Assembly: GCA_951406725.2 (NCBI GenBank)
Contig: OX597823.1
Span: 45,880,001 to 45,944,000, forward strand
Length of the DNA stretch: 64,000 nucleotides
Direction: 5' to 3'
From: Octopus vulgaris
Taxonomy: Eukaryota
In this document: positions 12,960 to 26,529 of the stretch, piece by piece
How positions within the stretch are numbered: the first letter of the stretch is position 1
Layout: each line of letters begins with the position of its first letter
Program-made: the position numbers and the translations under genes
Notes under the pieces: model-generated
Told to the model about the DNA's origin: nothing
The model's input: only the letters and a program-made list of their open reading frames with translations
The model's database searches: none

Positions 12960-14880
12960 GTATTCAGGTTAGAGAGGTCATCACGAAGATTTCTAGTACA
13001 AAAACTATCATCCTTTTGAAGACAGCCTGTAAAAGGAACACTTTATGCAAGTCAATTTTATATTTTATTTACAAATTTTAGAATATGTTTTAAATGTTAC
13101 TAATCCGGTAGGGTTTTACCACATAAAACATTTGTTGGTCACTCAACAACATCATTTTAACATAGTGTGATTCAGGGTGAACTGCACCTTTGTACACAAA
13201 ATGATTCTAGACAAGGTAACTGAATAGGTGTAGCTGAATATTTAATACATTTCGTTATGGTATACCTATTGCATTTGAATGATGACTTAAAGTACTTCGC
13301 TGGATGTTTGTGAATATTTATAAATTCTTCCTGAACACATATTGGTATATAGTTGTGATAAACTTCGAACATTAGTCTCCAGTGAGCAGACAAACTTATT
13401 TAATAAGTGTTTAGTATTTCATTATTAATCATTAAAGGCTGAGAGTTAGATCCTCTGTGAGTCTTTGAGATAATCCTGACTGCATGGTTTTGTGAAGTAT
13501 GAAGTTTACTTAATTTTGACTTCTTGACACTACCCGAAGCTAGGTTACTGTATATTAAACTTGTTTTAATAAAATAATTATATAACATTTTCTTCGTTTT
13601 CTTGTCCAAAAGCTTACGTCCCCCAGTTTGAGTTTGGATTCTACTGCTTGAATGTGCAATTTCCATTTCAGATTTTCGTCAATAAGAATTCCAGAAACTT
13701 TCTTTATCTGGACCTTTTGAATTCATTTGAGGCGAAGTGAAATTTTTGGAGCTATAAAGGCAAATTATCGTCATTAGCTAATGAACAGAATAGAGTGTAC
13801 TTAGTTTTATCTACGTTTAGAGAAAGCTTAATTGCTGAATACCAGTCATATATGAATGATAATTGGTTCCTCATTTCTTTGAATAATGTGTGGTAATCCT
13901 TACCAGCTAAAAAAAGTTTCGTGTCACCGGCAAACATGATAACATTTAGAAGTGGAACTGCACGGTGCATATCGTTAACATACATAAGAAAGAGGAGGAA
14001 GGGTCTAATATTGAGCCTTGAGGAGCATTGCAAGCTATTGGTTTGTACGCGGATTCGGTATCATCAATTACCACAAACTGATATCTATTACCTACGTAAC
14101 TTTTGAACCATACCATTTCTTTCCCAGTAACTCCATTTTCAAGTTATTTTTATGGGTATTCTATTATCAACAGTGTCAAAAGCTTTTCTGATAAAAAACT
14201 CGATGAAAGCTCCAACTATAACATGCTTATTTGACATAACTGCCGTGATGTAATTAATGATTTCAATCAGCCTATAGTCTATACCAGAACTTTTTCGAAA
14301 ATCAAATTCTCTGGGATGAAAAAATATTATTTTTCTCAAAGAAGTCGTTAAGACGAGAGTGCATGAGTCTACCCAACAATTTGGAGAAGACTGGTAAGAT
14401 TGTTATTGGTCGTTAATTACCAACTTCAATTTTTGCTCCTGATTTAAAAAGCGGCATGAATTTTGCTATTTTCATTTAGTTCGGAAATTCTCTTAATGCA
14501 AATGGAGTATTAAAGACATATAATAATGGAACTTATATGAAATTTTAAAAAAACCCTTATACTCAAGGAGTTATATCGACACGCTTTGTTTGCCTTGAGA
14601 CGAGTGAATGCGTCCTTCAATTCCTCATACGTAACTGGACTCATTTTGAATAAATGACTGTTCTTTGTGAAAATCTCACGAAAACTCATTGTAACATCGA
14701 GGCACATGAAAACATTTATAACCAGGTAATTCATATTTGAATTTAAATCCTCTTCTTTTCCCGTCTTTTGCCCAAGTTTCTTGAAGGCAAATAATAAGCA
14801 AATAAAAAAAAATCGCAGAAGTTTTAGGAAATTTATTAAGTATCGTTTTCATCAAAAGAACATGATTCAATATAAAAGGG
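12960..14880 (-). mobile_element. Decayed APE+RT LINE of the CR1/L2 group, with large deletions
   Basis: IICLQETW (APE), KAFDTVD (RT motif A), PQGSIL..FLMYVNDM, MFAGDTKLF (YADD-like), LSLNVDKTKY, FLGILIDENLKWK. Confidence 0.8.
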
Positions 14881-15864
14881 CGTTACTTCTGCCGCACACT
14901 GTATATTCCTTATAATACTTAGTTTATTATTCAGATATCTAATCCCATCAAATGTTATAAAGAATTGATTATCTCCCTCCCTTTTCATTCTACTAGGGAA
15001 ACCACTTTATATATATATATATATATAGGACGAAATTGTACAAAATGAAAACAAAATACAGAGACAGTTGAGGGGAAAACAGACAAGGTGTTTGATGTTT
15101 CGAGCCTGCCCTCGTTTAAGGAATGAGGAGAGAAAACTGATGGAGAGGGATAAAAAACGGGGAGAAAAACATGTCTGGATTAATTGTTGCAGAGGTCGAA
15201 CACTTCAGACAAGGATTCAAAAATATTATTTTTGACACTTTGAAAAATTACAGATAAAATTTTCTAAACGTCTTTTTTTTATATAGATACACGTATATCT
15301 TTGTAACTCCTACCCCGTAATGAATTAAGTGTAACATGGAATTAAACAATATACTATATTTTCCAGTCTTTTGTTTCGATGTGTAATTGTAAGGCAATAG
15401 AATTCACCAGAAATTACAAATGCTGTGTAGATTTAATTTAAAATAAAGCATCTATATAGATATATTTCATTACTGTGAACACGAAGATGTGCTTCAAAAG
15501 GACACACTTCCAGACCATAACATGTAGTTTTTATTAATGGCGTGTCAACTTTGCAAAGTAGTTGATTCTTGAGGTTATTTTATATAGAATTCTCATTTGC
15601 TATTTGGTAATTGTGACACAACATCTTGAGAGGAAATGATTTATTTTGCATGACATTTGATATACCAGTATTTGTCTGTGTTTTTAAATAGACAAGCAAC
15701 AGACCGTTCTAATTTAAATCCGGGCAGGGACCTTACAAGCACTCTGATAAAATCCAGACTTGGGCTAACTACATCGAATGATAGGAAGCATTTAGAATCG
15801 TTTAGAATAAACAATTAAACTGTACAATTAAACTCTACTGTCGTCGATTAGTAAATCCTCAGTT

Positions 15865-16050
15865 AGAAATTCTAACTGGAATCCCACCTGCTGTTCATCT
15901 CGATTTGAGATCATCATGTCGCACACACATGGTTGTGATGCATGAAGCTGATGTACCGTTATCAGACGCGTAGTCATGGTGAGTATATTAAATTTCATAA
16001 ATTTGTACCCCAGTGTCACTTTGATGCTATACATTGATCTTTCACTCACT
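15865..16050 (+). mobile_element. 3' fragment of the non-coding (TAA)n-tailed family X retroposon
   Basis: Homologous to the 3' third of 33251-33817 (gagatcatcatgtcgcacacacatggttgtgatgcatg...ccccagtgtcactttgatg), followed by (GAT/AAT)n. Confidence 0.8.
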
Positions 16051-16057
16051 GATGATG

Positions 16058-16089
<32 letters not shown>

Positions 16090-16158
16090 GATAATAATAA
16101 TAATGATAATAATAATAATAATGATAATGATGATAATATGATAATAATAATAATAATG

Positions 16159-16194
<36 letters not shown>

Positions 16195-16853
16195 GCACCA
16201 GTGGCGTATAAATTAAGACATGACAGAGTTGGCCAATATCTCCACTGGCTAATAAGTCGGCATTACAATATCAAAACTGCCGACAAGTGGTATAATCACC
16301 ACCCTGAGGCTGTAACTGAAGGAGAAAATGTAACCATTCTGTGGGACTTTCCAGTACATACAGACCGAACCATCAAGGCCAATATTGTTGTGAAAGACCA
16401 AAACAATAAAGTTTGCTTATTGATCGACATGAGCATCCCCTGTGATCATAATATCTCAGCGAAAGAGTTTGACAACCTCAGAAAATATAAAGACCTACTC
16501 ATTGAAATTGAGAAAATGTGGCATCTCAATACCAGTGATCGTAGGAGCACTAGGAATGATCAAGAAGGGAACCGAAAATTATATGAGAATGATCCCTGGC
16601 TTACCATCCCTGCAAGAAGTGCAAAAGATTGTCTTAACTGGTACATCACACGTATTGAGAAGAGCATTGTCGATGTGAGAACTGTTGCTGCTCATGTATT
16701 TTAATTTAACTTTAAAAAAAAAAATGAAAAAAAATGAACGAACTACTGAGTTTGGTTTAATGGCCTACCAATGTATGCTATGAGTTTCTTTGCCCTAGGA
16801 GTCGGGAAGACACTCGGCAAGAAATGGAAGCAAATTTGAAAGAAGAAAAAAAG
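16195..16853 (+). mobile_element. R4/Dong-type non-LTR retrotransposon, 5'-truncated (RLE endonuclease plus 3' UTR)
   Basis: YKLRHDRVGQYLHW..ILWDFPVHTDRTIKA..CLLIDMSIPCD..KYKDLLIEIEKMWHL..PVIVGALGMI..VLTGTSHVLRRALSM*. Embedded in (AAT)n. Confidence 0.92.
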
Positions 16854-16907
16854 TAATAATAATAATAATAAGAAGAAGAAGAAGAATTTATGGCTCAATT
16901 ATTATTA

Positions 16908-16957
<50 letters not shown>

Positions 16958-16975
16958 TATAATATTATTATTATT

Positions 16976-17319
16976 CTATGTTTGACTTTTGCTTTATGTC
17001 TGTACAAGTTGGCTCCAAGTCTCACCCAGAGACCTCAAGAGACAACAGGTTGGAAGTTCACGTTGTTGTTATGCCTAGTGTACCATATATTTGTTTTTTA
17101 TTTTTTGGTGTTGTACTAGTGAATGACTAATACATAAATTTAAAAAGAAAGTTTGTTTTAAACCTTGGGATTACATAGAGAGTATTTTGCGTAGGATATG
17201 AGCAGTTCCCATGAGCACTATCTTTTGAATTTCTGCCATTTTGGGGTCTCCTGGTATCTGAGTTAGGTAGCAATCAGCCCCTTTCGCTATCATTCCCAGG
17301 GCACCTATGACAACAGGTA
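16976..17319 (-). mobile_element. R4/Dong 3' end, same family as 26530-28452, inverted
   Basis: Near-identical reverse complement of about 28080-28452 (IPVVIGALGMIAKGAD..KIVLMGTAHILRKILSM* plus 3' UTR). Flanked by (ATT)n. Confidence 0.93.
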
Positions 17320-17362
17320 TTATTATTATCATTATTATAATAATGCAACAGGTATTATTAAA

Positions 17363-17395
<33 letters not shown>

Positions 17396-17399
17396 GTTA

Positions 17400-19029
<1,630 letters not shown>

Positions 19030-19030
19030 T

Positions 19031-19511
19031 GTGGCTTCTGATCTTAACTGATTGAAAGTGTTATCATGTACATTGTTTTGTCTTGGTATAAAAGATGGGC
19101 TACAGCAAATATTCTTCTCAGTACCACAGATTTGCTTGTCCCTTAGTGGCGGTCGATATGTGCATCTCTGATCACGAGCAGAAATAGTGGGGGAGTATCA
19201 TAGCCATGTGTTGAGAGGGATTCTTTTGGGTTTCAATAATTCACCTCTGGAAACATGGGTGTTTCATTCAGCATCCTTATTCGGGGACTTTTAAGCGGGA
19301 TGGATTACTCAACCAGAAGAAAATTCTAACTGGGCCCCACCTGCTAGGTCATGTGCTGTTTATTTTGATATGAGATCACCATGTCGCGCACATATGGTTG
19401 TGATGCATGTGCCTAGTGTACCCTTATCAGACGGGTAGTCATGATGGGTATACTGTGCTTCGTATATTTTACCCCAGTGTCACTTTGATGGCATGCACTG
19501 CTCTCTTACTC
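19031..19511 (+). mobile_element. Family X non-coding (TAA)n-targeted retroposon copy
   Basis: Closely similar to 33251-33817, with small internal deletions. (AAT)n on both sides. Confidence 0.88.
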
Positions 19512-19539
19512 AATAATAATAATAATAATAATAATAATG

Positions 19540-19590
<51 letters not shown>

Positions 19591-19593
<3 letters not shown>

Positions 19594-20098
19594 CCTGCTG
19601 TGGGCACAAAGCCTAAAATTTCAGAGGAGAGGACTAGACGATTACATCGACCCCAGGGTTTCTCTAGTACTTAATTCATCGACCGCTAAATGATGAAAGG
19701 CAAAGTCGACCTCGTTGGAATTTGGACTCAGAACGTAACGGCAGACCTATTTCTTTACTACCCACAAGGGGCTAAACACAGAGAGGACAAACGGATCAAA
19801 TCGATTATATCGACCCCAGTGCGTAACTGGCACTTATTTAATCGACCTCGAAAGAATGCAAGGCAAAGTCGACCTCGTTGGGATTTGAACTCAGAACGTA
19901 ACGGCAGACGAAATAGGGCTACGCATTTCGCCCGGCGTGCTAATGTTTCTGCCAGCTCGCCGCTGTCGCTACGTTCTGAGTTTAAATTCCGCCGAGGTCG
20001 ACTTTTCCTTTCATTCTTTTAGATTCGATAAATTAAGTACCAGTTGCGTACTGAGGTAGATCTAATCGACTGGCCCTCTCCCTAAAAAATTTCGAGTA
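19591..20098. mobile_element. Two family-B SINE copies in inverted orientation (minus 19591-19963, plus 19963-20098)
   Basis: The minus copy has the head GCGGCGAGCTGGCAGAAACATTAGCACGCCGGGCGAAATGCG and two internal units. The plus copy starts at the internal unit (ctacgttctgagtttaaattccgccgaggtcgac). Confidence 0.85.
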
Positions 20099-20126
20099 AA
20101 AAATAATAATATTTATTATTATTATA

Positions 20127-20218
<92 letters not shown>

Positions 20219-20781
20219 TGTAACAATAACAAGCAGCATTGATAAAACACTGGTACAATAATAAATCACAGATATAACCACATTATCGTTAGAGACAAAG
20301 TGGTAGAAAAACAGATGTAACGAATATTAGAGTTATGCTAGATTCATTCCCCAAATTTCAAAGAGTATGTAAGTGAAAGTAAACACACAACATATAGTCA
20401 GTGAAGAGGTGAGCTATACGAAAAACACATGAATAATATATTTTATGAATACAAACAACGTTTACAATTACGAAGATAAATGAATTAAAACGTGTTCAGA
20501 AAATTTTTACTTTCTGTACGTAGCATTTTTCCTTCTAGCGATATGCTAACATGTTATGTTTCCTGTACTTAGTCATCTTAACGGTATGTTTTACGAACGT
20601 TGTCACTGCTGCTACAAACATTTCTTATAAACCAAAATGTTCCGTAATTGTTCAACATGTGTATGCCAAACGAAGTTCAGTTTCTTACCAATAACTGCGG
20701 ACTTTGCTGTATGGTTAAAAACTTTCCATTCCAACCACGTAATTTCTGAGTTCAGACTCACTGTGTGGCACCTAAAAAAAT

Positions 20782-21077
20782 GCATTTATTTGAACAAACA
20801 TTTGTTTCGACTTGAAGCTGCACTGCTCCCTAGCGAGCGTGGAACAATGCAATTGCAAAAGAGCACACATGCATCCGAAATGCTAGAATCTCTCAATACC
20901 ACCATTTATCCTGTTGCGAAATTGAAATGTAAATCTGTGAACTCAGAATAAGCATATTATGCCAGCTGAAGAGGCTCTTTTGCACTGTGCGTTGCATCGA
21001 GTGTTATTGCATCATTCCACGCCCAATAGAGAGCAGTACAACTTGAAGTCGAAACAATTTTTGTACTAATAAAAGCT
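20782..21077. mobile_element. Inverted pair of Penelope-type pLTR ends; plus-strand arm carries a hammerhead core (20964-21067)
   Basis: Arms at about 20782-20864 and 20974-21077 are reverse complements (ttgtttcgacttgaagctgcactgctc / gagcagtacaacttgaagtcgaaacaa). Core AG-CTGAAGA-GGCT...AGTC-GAA-ACAA-TTT-TTGT-A-CT, then AATAAA. Confidence 0.65.
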
Positions 21078-21119
21078 TTTTGCAATACTCCGTCTTCACA
21101 CACACACACACACACACAT

Positions 21120-21335
21120 TCTTTTATTGTTTTACTTGTTCACTCATTTGACTGCAGCCAAGCTGGGACATCGCCTTTGGTCAAGCACATCGACCACAGG
21201 ACTTATTACTTGTAAGCCTAATACTTATTCTATCGGTCTCTTTTGTGAAGCGCTAATATTATGGGGACGTAAACAAATCAGCATAGGTTATCAAGCGATC
21301 TTGGGGGGTACAAACACAGACACGCAAAGATACAC
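21120..21335 (-). mobile_element. Family-A SINE, 3' half
   Basis: Reverse complement of 25815-26010 (gagaccgatagaataagta..ggcttacaa..gcagtcaaatgagtgaacaagtaaa). Confidence 0.8.
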
Positions 21336-21355
21336 ACACACATACACATATGTAT

Positions 21356-21388
<33 letters not shown>

Positions 21389-21758
21389 CATATGGAGTTA
21401 AACTCAGGGGTTATTCTAATATTTTTACTTCCGACATATGTTTCGAAGAAAACATTGCTATTATTCCAGAAGGAATAAAATGGTGTAAAACAATGCATTC
21501 TTCTCATCAAGGAAGGAAAGAAACCAAATACATCAATAAGGCATTTTAACAGATTGTGATGACTGCGTGTATGATGAAGGGAACGCTAGTAAGTAATTTA
21601 AAAAAAAAAAACCTTAGATTTAACGTCAAAGGTAGTTTAAAGAAAGAGGAGGAGAAAGAAATTAGCAGAAAACTAATAGTGGAGAGATATAGAGCGATAG
21701 GTGAATAGGAATAAAGCATAAAGTCTTGGAAGTAGATATATCTAGTGGAAGTGTAATG

Positions 21759-21784
21759 TATGTATGAATCTATCTATCTATCTG

Positions 21785-21833
<49 letters not shown>

Positions 21834-21914
21834 ATCTATATCTATATATATGTATGTATATATGCATATATGCACATGCGTATATACATATACATGCATA
21901 CATACATACATACA

Positions 21915-21980
<66 letters not shown>
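21759..21980. repeat. Compound (CTAT)n/(CATA)n/(TA)n microsatellite; (GAGT)n and (GA)n follow at about 22165-22385
   Basis: Directly visible. Confidence 0.95.
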
Positions 21981-21982
<2 letters not shown>

Positions 21983-22341
21983 CATATGATAATGACATTT
22001 GTCTGAAATATATAAAACAAATATAGACATATCAAGAGATATTCTCGGCAAAATAACAATTGTATATAAATGTAAAATTTTATATATTTAAATTCTGAGG
22101 GGACCGCTGGAACACTCAACATGTGCATGCGCGCCTGTGTGTGTATGTCTGTGTATGTATGTGTGTGAGTGAGTGAGTGAGTGAGTGAGTGAGTGAGTGA
22201 GTGAGTGAGTGAGTGTTTGCGCGCGTGTGTAGCCGTGAAAGTAAACGTGTGAGTATCCAGAAAAATAGAGAATGTGAAAGAATAAGTTAGAGACGCCGAA
22301 CGTCCATAACTGAAACGTATGACGAACTATTATAGAAATAT

Positions 22342-22388
<47 letters not shown>

Positions 22389-23855
22389 TATAAAGATGGT
22401 GAGCAAAAAGATATATAAACAGAGGGGGGGAGAGTGGGGGAGAAGGAATAATGAGATGAATAGCATTTTGGATAAAATATTTTAATTGATAGACTGGGCA
22501 TGTCGTCGATATCTACCATTAAACGTGGATTTTTCACATTGACAGTAGTATTAACATTGCCATTATTCACCGCTCTTTATATATTTTCTGTTTTTACTTT
22601 CCTCTCACTATCCACATCAAATCTCCTCACATTTATAAATGTGATGCAATAGTTTCCTTTCCCTCCTCTAACTTTACATTGAGAAGTTCCCGGTGAGATT
22701 AAGGAACAGTGACTACTGCACTGATTTGTTGCATAGCATCTTACAGCTCTTTAAGAGACAACTGAATAGCTAATAAACAGTTCGATAAAGTACAGTTGAC
22801 CCCGATTGTCAGATGCATACATCATTCAAAGCCTTTCAGCAGAGCTATGGCTGTTACTGAAACTCAGCTGGAATTACTATAGCTATTCGGCAATCAGCTA
22901 GTTCGCTTTTCAAAACAATCGCATTATATTTGCTCAACTTATTCCATGTTTCTTCAAGGAGTTATGAAAACAAAACAAAAAAAAAAGAAAGTATACAAAG
23001 TTTTAATGATTGTATTTCATTTACATTATCAAGTACGAATATGATTATTTCTTCCTACATCTTTTAATGAGCCTGTATCTGTGGTGTACAATAAAAATCA
23101 GTACGTATCACGGCATTGAAGAACCTTTACGAACGTTTACTAATACGAACATCTCTACACCCTTAAATCTTTTGTTGTAATACATTTCTTAATGCTATAT
23201 TTCATAATGTTTTGTTTCTTAAATCTTTTCAGATCTCTGACAATGCAGTTCTTTGTTGTTTCAAGTGTAACTAAATAATTTAGTGTTAGAACTGGAACAG
23301 AACTGTGACGAAAAAAGGAAAAGAGATAAATTGAATGTTACGGAGTATTTGAGTATATAAAGATTATCAGCTAGTAAGAGATGTTTGTTTACAGTTTCGT
23401 GTACAACGCTTACTCTCAAACAAAACAATGTCAGTGTGAATATCTGAAAAGGTTACGAATAAATTAAGTGTACACATGTTGTCACATGTACCATACGACA
23501 GTTATCAAAATAGCACACATACATCATCACAAGTAGTCCACATACGTCATTATAAGAAGTCTACACATGTCCTGACACGAAAACTAGGTAAATCCTTGTT
23601 TGTTTGTTGTGTAGATGAGAAAAAGAATAATATCCAGAACCTAAGTGATGAACTGATAGAAACATCCTTCCTAATTATTACTGTATTGCTAACACAGACA
23701 GAAATACAAGTAGGCAATTTTCGGTTTGTATCACATCAGGTGCTATTTTTATTCCTACAGATACAGGTAAAATATAAATATGGTCATTAACTTATGAAGT
23801 GCGTAGAAAAATATAAATTTAACACAGTAGGCACAGTTTAATTTTGTGAAAGTTG

Positions 23856-24362
23856 TACGAGGGTGAGCGGAAAAGTTCATAGGTTGACTATGGAAGAGTT
23901 ATGCTAGAGCTGTGAAATCTTGCATGGGTTAGTTTCATCTAGGCGTGTTAATAACTGTATTTTGTTGATAACTGATATTTGACAATTCAAAGAAGATTTC
24001 AAACATAACTAGTAGACTTCTCTTGGAAATGGACAAAATTTGGTACCGCAGTGTTATCAAGTACCGGCAGAAAAAAATGGTTTTGTCCACAGGTCATTCA
24101 TACTGACATGGTTGCTACGTTAGGGGATGATACCCCAGCTTTATGGACAATGTAAAAGTGGGCAGCTAGATTAAGGAGGGGAAAAGAGAGTCTTGAAGTT
24201 GACCGAAGGTCTGGATATCCTGCAACTGCCACTACTGAGAAAAACATTGATAGTGTTCACCACACTGTGTTAGACAATCAGTGATTGACTATAAATCAAA
24301 TAACCAAATCTATTAGCATATCCAGTGGGAGTGTTGAGAATAGTGAGCACAATGAACTTAGC
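23856..24362 (+). mobile_element. Mariner transposon, 5' half
   Basis: TA-CGAGGG TIR start. Transposase from 24029: MDKIWYRSVIKY..IHTDMVATLGDDTPAL..KWAARLRRGKESLEVDRRSGYPATATTEKNIDSVH..LTINQI. Confidence 0.85.
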
Positions 24363-24403
24363 TAAAATAGCGAAAGGAGACCATAATAAACATAATAATA
24401 ATA

Positions 24404-24483
<80 letters not shown>

Positions 24484-24487
<4 letters not shown>

Positions 24488-24859
24488 GCTTTCTAATTGA
24501 TGTATCAATACCGGCAGATGACAACGTGTCTCTAAAAGAAATGGAGAAACTCTCAAAATACAAAGACCTGGAAATAGAGGTAACTAGAATGTGGAACCTG
24601 AAAACAGAAACAATTCCTATCATAGTAGGTGCATTAGGCATGATAAAAAAATATTCAGACAAATACATAACAAAAACACCAGGACTTACAAACACATATA
24701 ACATACAGAAAATTGCACTACTAGGCACTGCACACATCCTACGCAGAACACTTTCCATACAATAACCATCAGAGCATCACAACAAATCACAGCACATACC
24801 CAAGGCACACAGACCTGCGCTCGGTAGTGAAGTGAAAGCACGCTATAAAAATAAAACTA

Positions 24860-24862
<3 letters not shown>
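24484..24862 (+). mobile_element. R4/Dong 3' fragment (third subfamily)
   Basis: KCFLIDVSIPADDNVSLKEMEKLSKYKDLEIEVTRMWNLKTETIPIIVGALGMIKK..QKIALLGTAHILRRTLSIQ*. (AAT)n on both sides. Confidence 0.93.
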
Positions 24863-24909
<47 letters not shown>

Positions 24910-25297
24910 TAACAACAACAACAGTAATATTACAGACCAAGGTGAATTGCATCATTTCAAGGCCAAGGTCAGCGCTCTCATTGATCGCTAGTCTCTGCTG
25001 ACCCGAAGGGTGTGAAGCCTCGTCTGTCTCCTTATCGCGCAGGAATGTCTATTGATGACCTCCTCATCATCTGCCGAATCTACTTACAGACCTGTAGAAT
25101 GTGGTCTGTTCACCAAGCTGTTACACTTCTTCCTACTATTCCCTTCAGCACTCACATATTTATGATTATCTCATGTACAAGACAACATTTGAAACTAAAC
25201 AACATATAATAATACCTTTCATAATAAATGGAAATAGTAGCAGTAGGAGAAGTAGTCGTCGTAGTAGTAGTAGTTGTAGTAGTAGTAGTAGTAGCAG

Positions 25298-25352
<55 letters not shown>

Positions 25353-25608
25353 GTGTTAACTGCAAATGTAAACTGACTGCATATGAAAAGAAAGAATGGT
25401 GGCAGATGACTGATTAGTATAGACCATTGTATAGGGAGTGAAAGGAAAAGGCTTGCGGAATATTCGATAAATAGTGACGAAGATCTGCTGCAATATACCG
25501 GGACCCATATTATTATTGATAATTTTAAATGCTATAGGTAGAACGATGGTGGTAATGATAATCACTGTGGTTATAGAGGCGACACAATGCGAGCACGTTA
25601 TATATATA

Positions 25609-26023
25609 GGCGCAGGAGTGGCTGCGTGGTAAGTAGCTTGCTAACCAACCACATGGTTCCGGGTTCAGTTACACTGCGTGCCATCTTGGGCAAGTGTCTT
25701 CTGCTATAGCCCCGGGCCGACCAATGCCTTGTGAGTGGATTTGGTAGACGGAAACTGAAAGAAGCCTGTCGTATATATGTATATATATATATGTGTGTGT
25801 ATGTGTGTGTGTGTGTGTTTGTCCCCCTAGCATTGCTTGACAACCGATGCTGGTGTGTTTACGTCCCCGTCACTTAGCGGTTCGGTAAAAGAGACCGATA
25901 GAATAAGTACTGGGCTTACAAAGAATAAGTCCCGGGGTCGATTTGCTTGACTAAAGGCGGTGCTCCAGCATGGCCGCAGTCAAATGACTGAAACAAGTGA
26001 AAGAGTAAAAGAGTATAAAAGAG
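25609..26023 (+). mobile_element. Full-length family-A tRNA-derived SINE
   Basis: GGCGCAGGAGTGGCTGCGTGGTAAG (A box), CCGGGTTCAGTTAC (B box), CTTGGGCAAGTGTCTT core, internal (TA)/(TG) tract, tail ending GAAACAAGTGAAAGAGTAAAAGAG. About nine copies or fragments in the window. Confidence 0.9.
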
Positions 26024-26136
26024 TATATACATATATATATATGTGTGTGTATGTGTGTGTGTGTGTGCGTGTGTGTGTGTGAGTGAGTGCATACATGTGC
26101 ACGTATATATACAAATAAAGAGAGGAAGAGAGAGAT

Positions 26137-26458
26137 GGGAACTCAATAACTGGTGGGAACCCCACGAACGACTCATGAAATCATGATGCAACTCAACAAG
26201 GAAGGAATTAACGGTGAGAATGAAGCTATAGCCGATTATGGTGAAGGTTTCCCGCCCGGCACGTCTGAAGCCGTCCGCATTAGGGGCAGTGATCTGGCTT
26301 CGGACTGTCGTTATATCACAATAGATCATATTCACAGTTTGGTAGGGACAGTGGTAGGGAATTTGGGCTCATCGCAAGTATTATCTGTCTGAGGTCCTTG
26401 TTGTGACTTGACAGATAACTAAAGACTCCGGTGCATTTTACCTACACAGTGTTACAAA

Positions 26459-26460
<2 letters not shown>
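26137..26460 (+). mobile_element. Putative internally deleted mini R4/Dong derivative
   Basis: Open frame 26183-26392 ends LGSSQVLSV*, resembling the Dong terminus LGTAHILRKVLS. It is followed by GGTCCTTGTTGTGACTTGACAG and an (AAT)n tail. Two stable hairpins. Confidence 0.5.
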
Positions 26461-26516
<56 letters not shown>

Positions 26517-26529
26517 TAATAATAATAAT

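Noticed and set aside
22825-22900. Minus-strand hammerhead-like string CTGATTG...hairpin...GAAAGGCTTT
   Set aside because: Two core mismatches and no stem I; cannot be told from chance.
26275-26290. TTAGGG (CCCTAA on the minus strand) in a structured region, suggesting telomerase RNA
   Set aside because: Single hexamer without the 1.5-repeat template. The G.U pairing favours the plus strand, and the 3' end looks like a Dong terminus.
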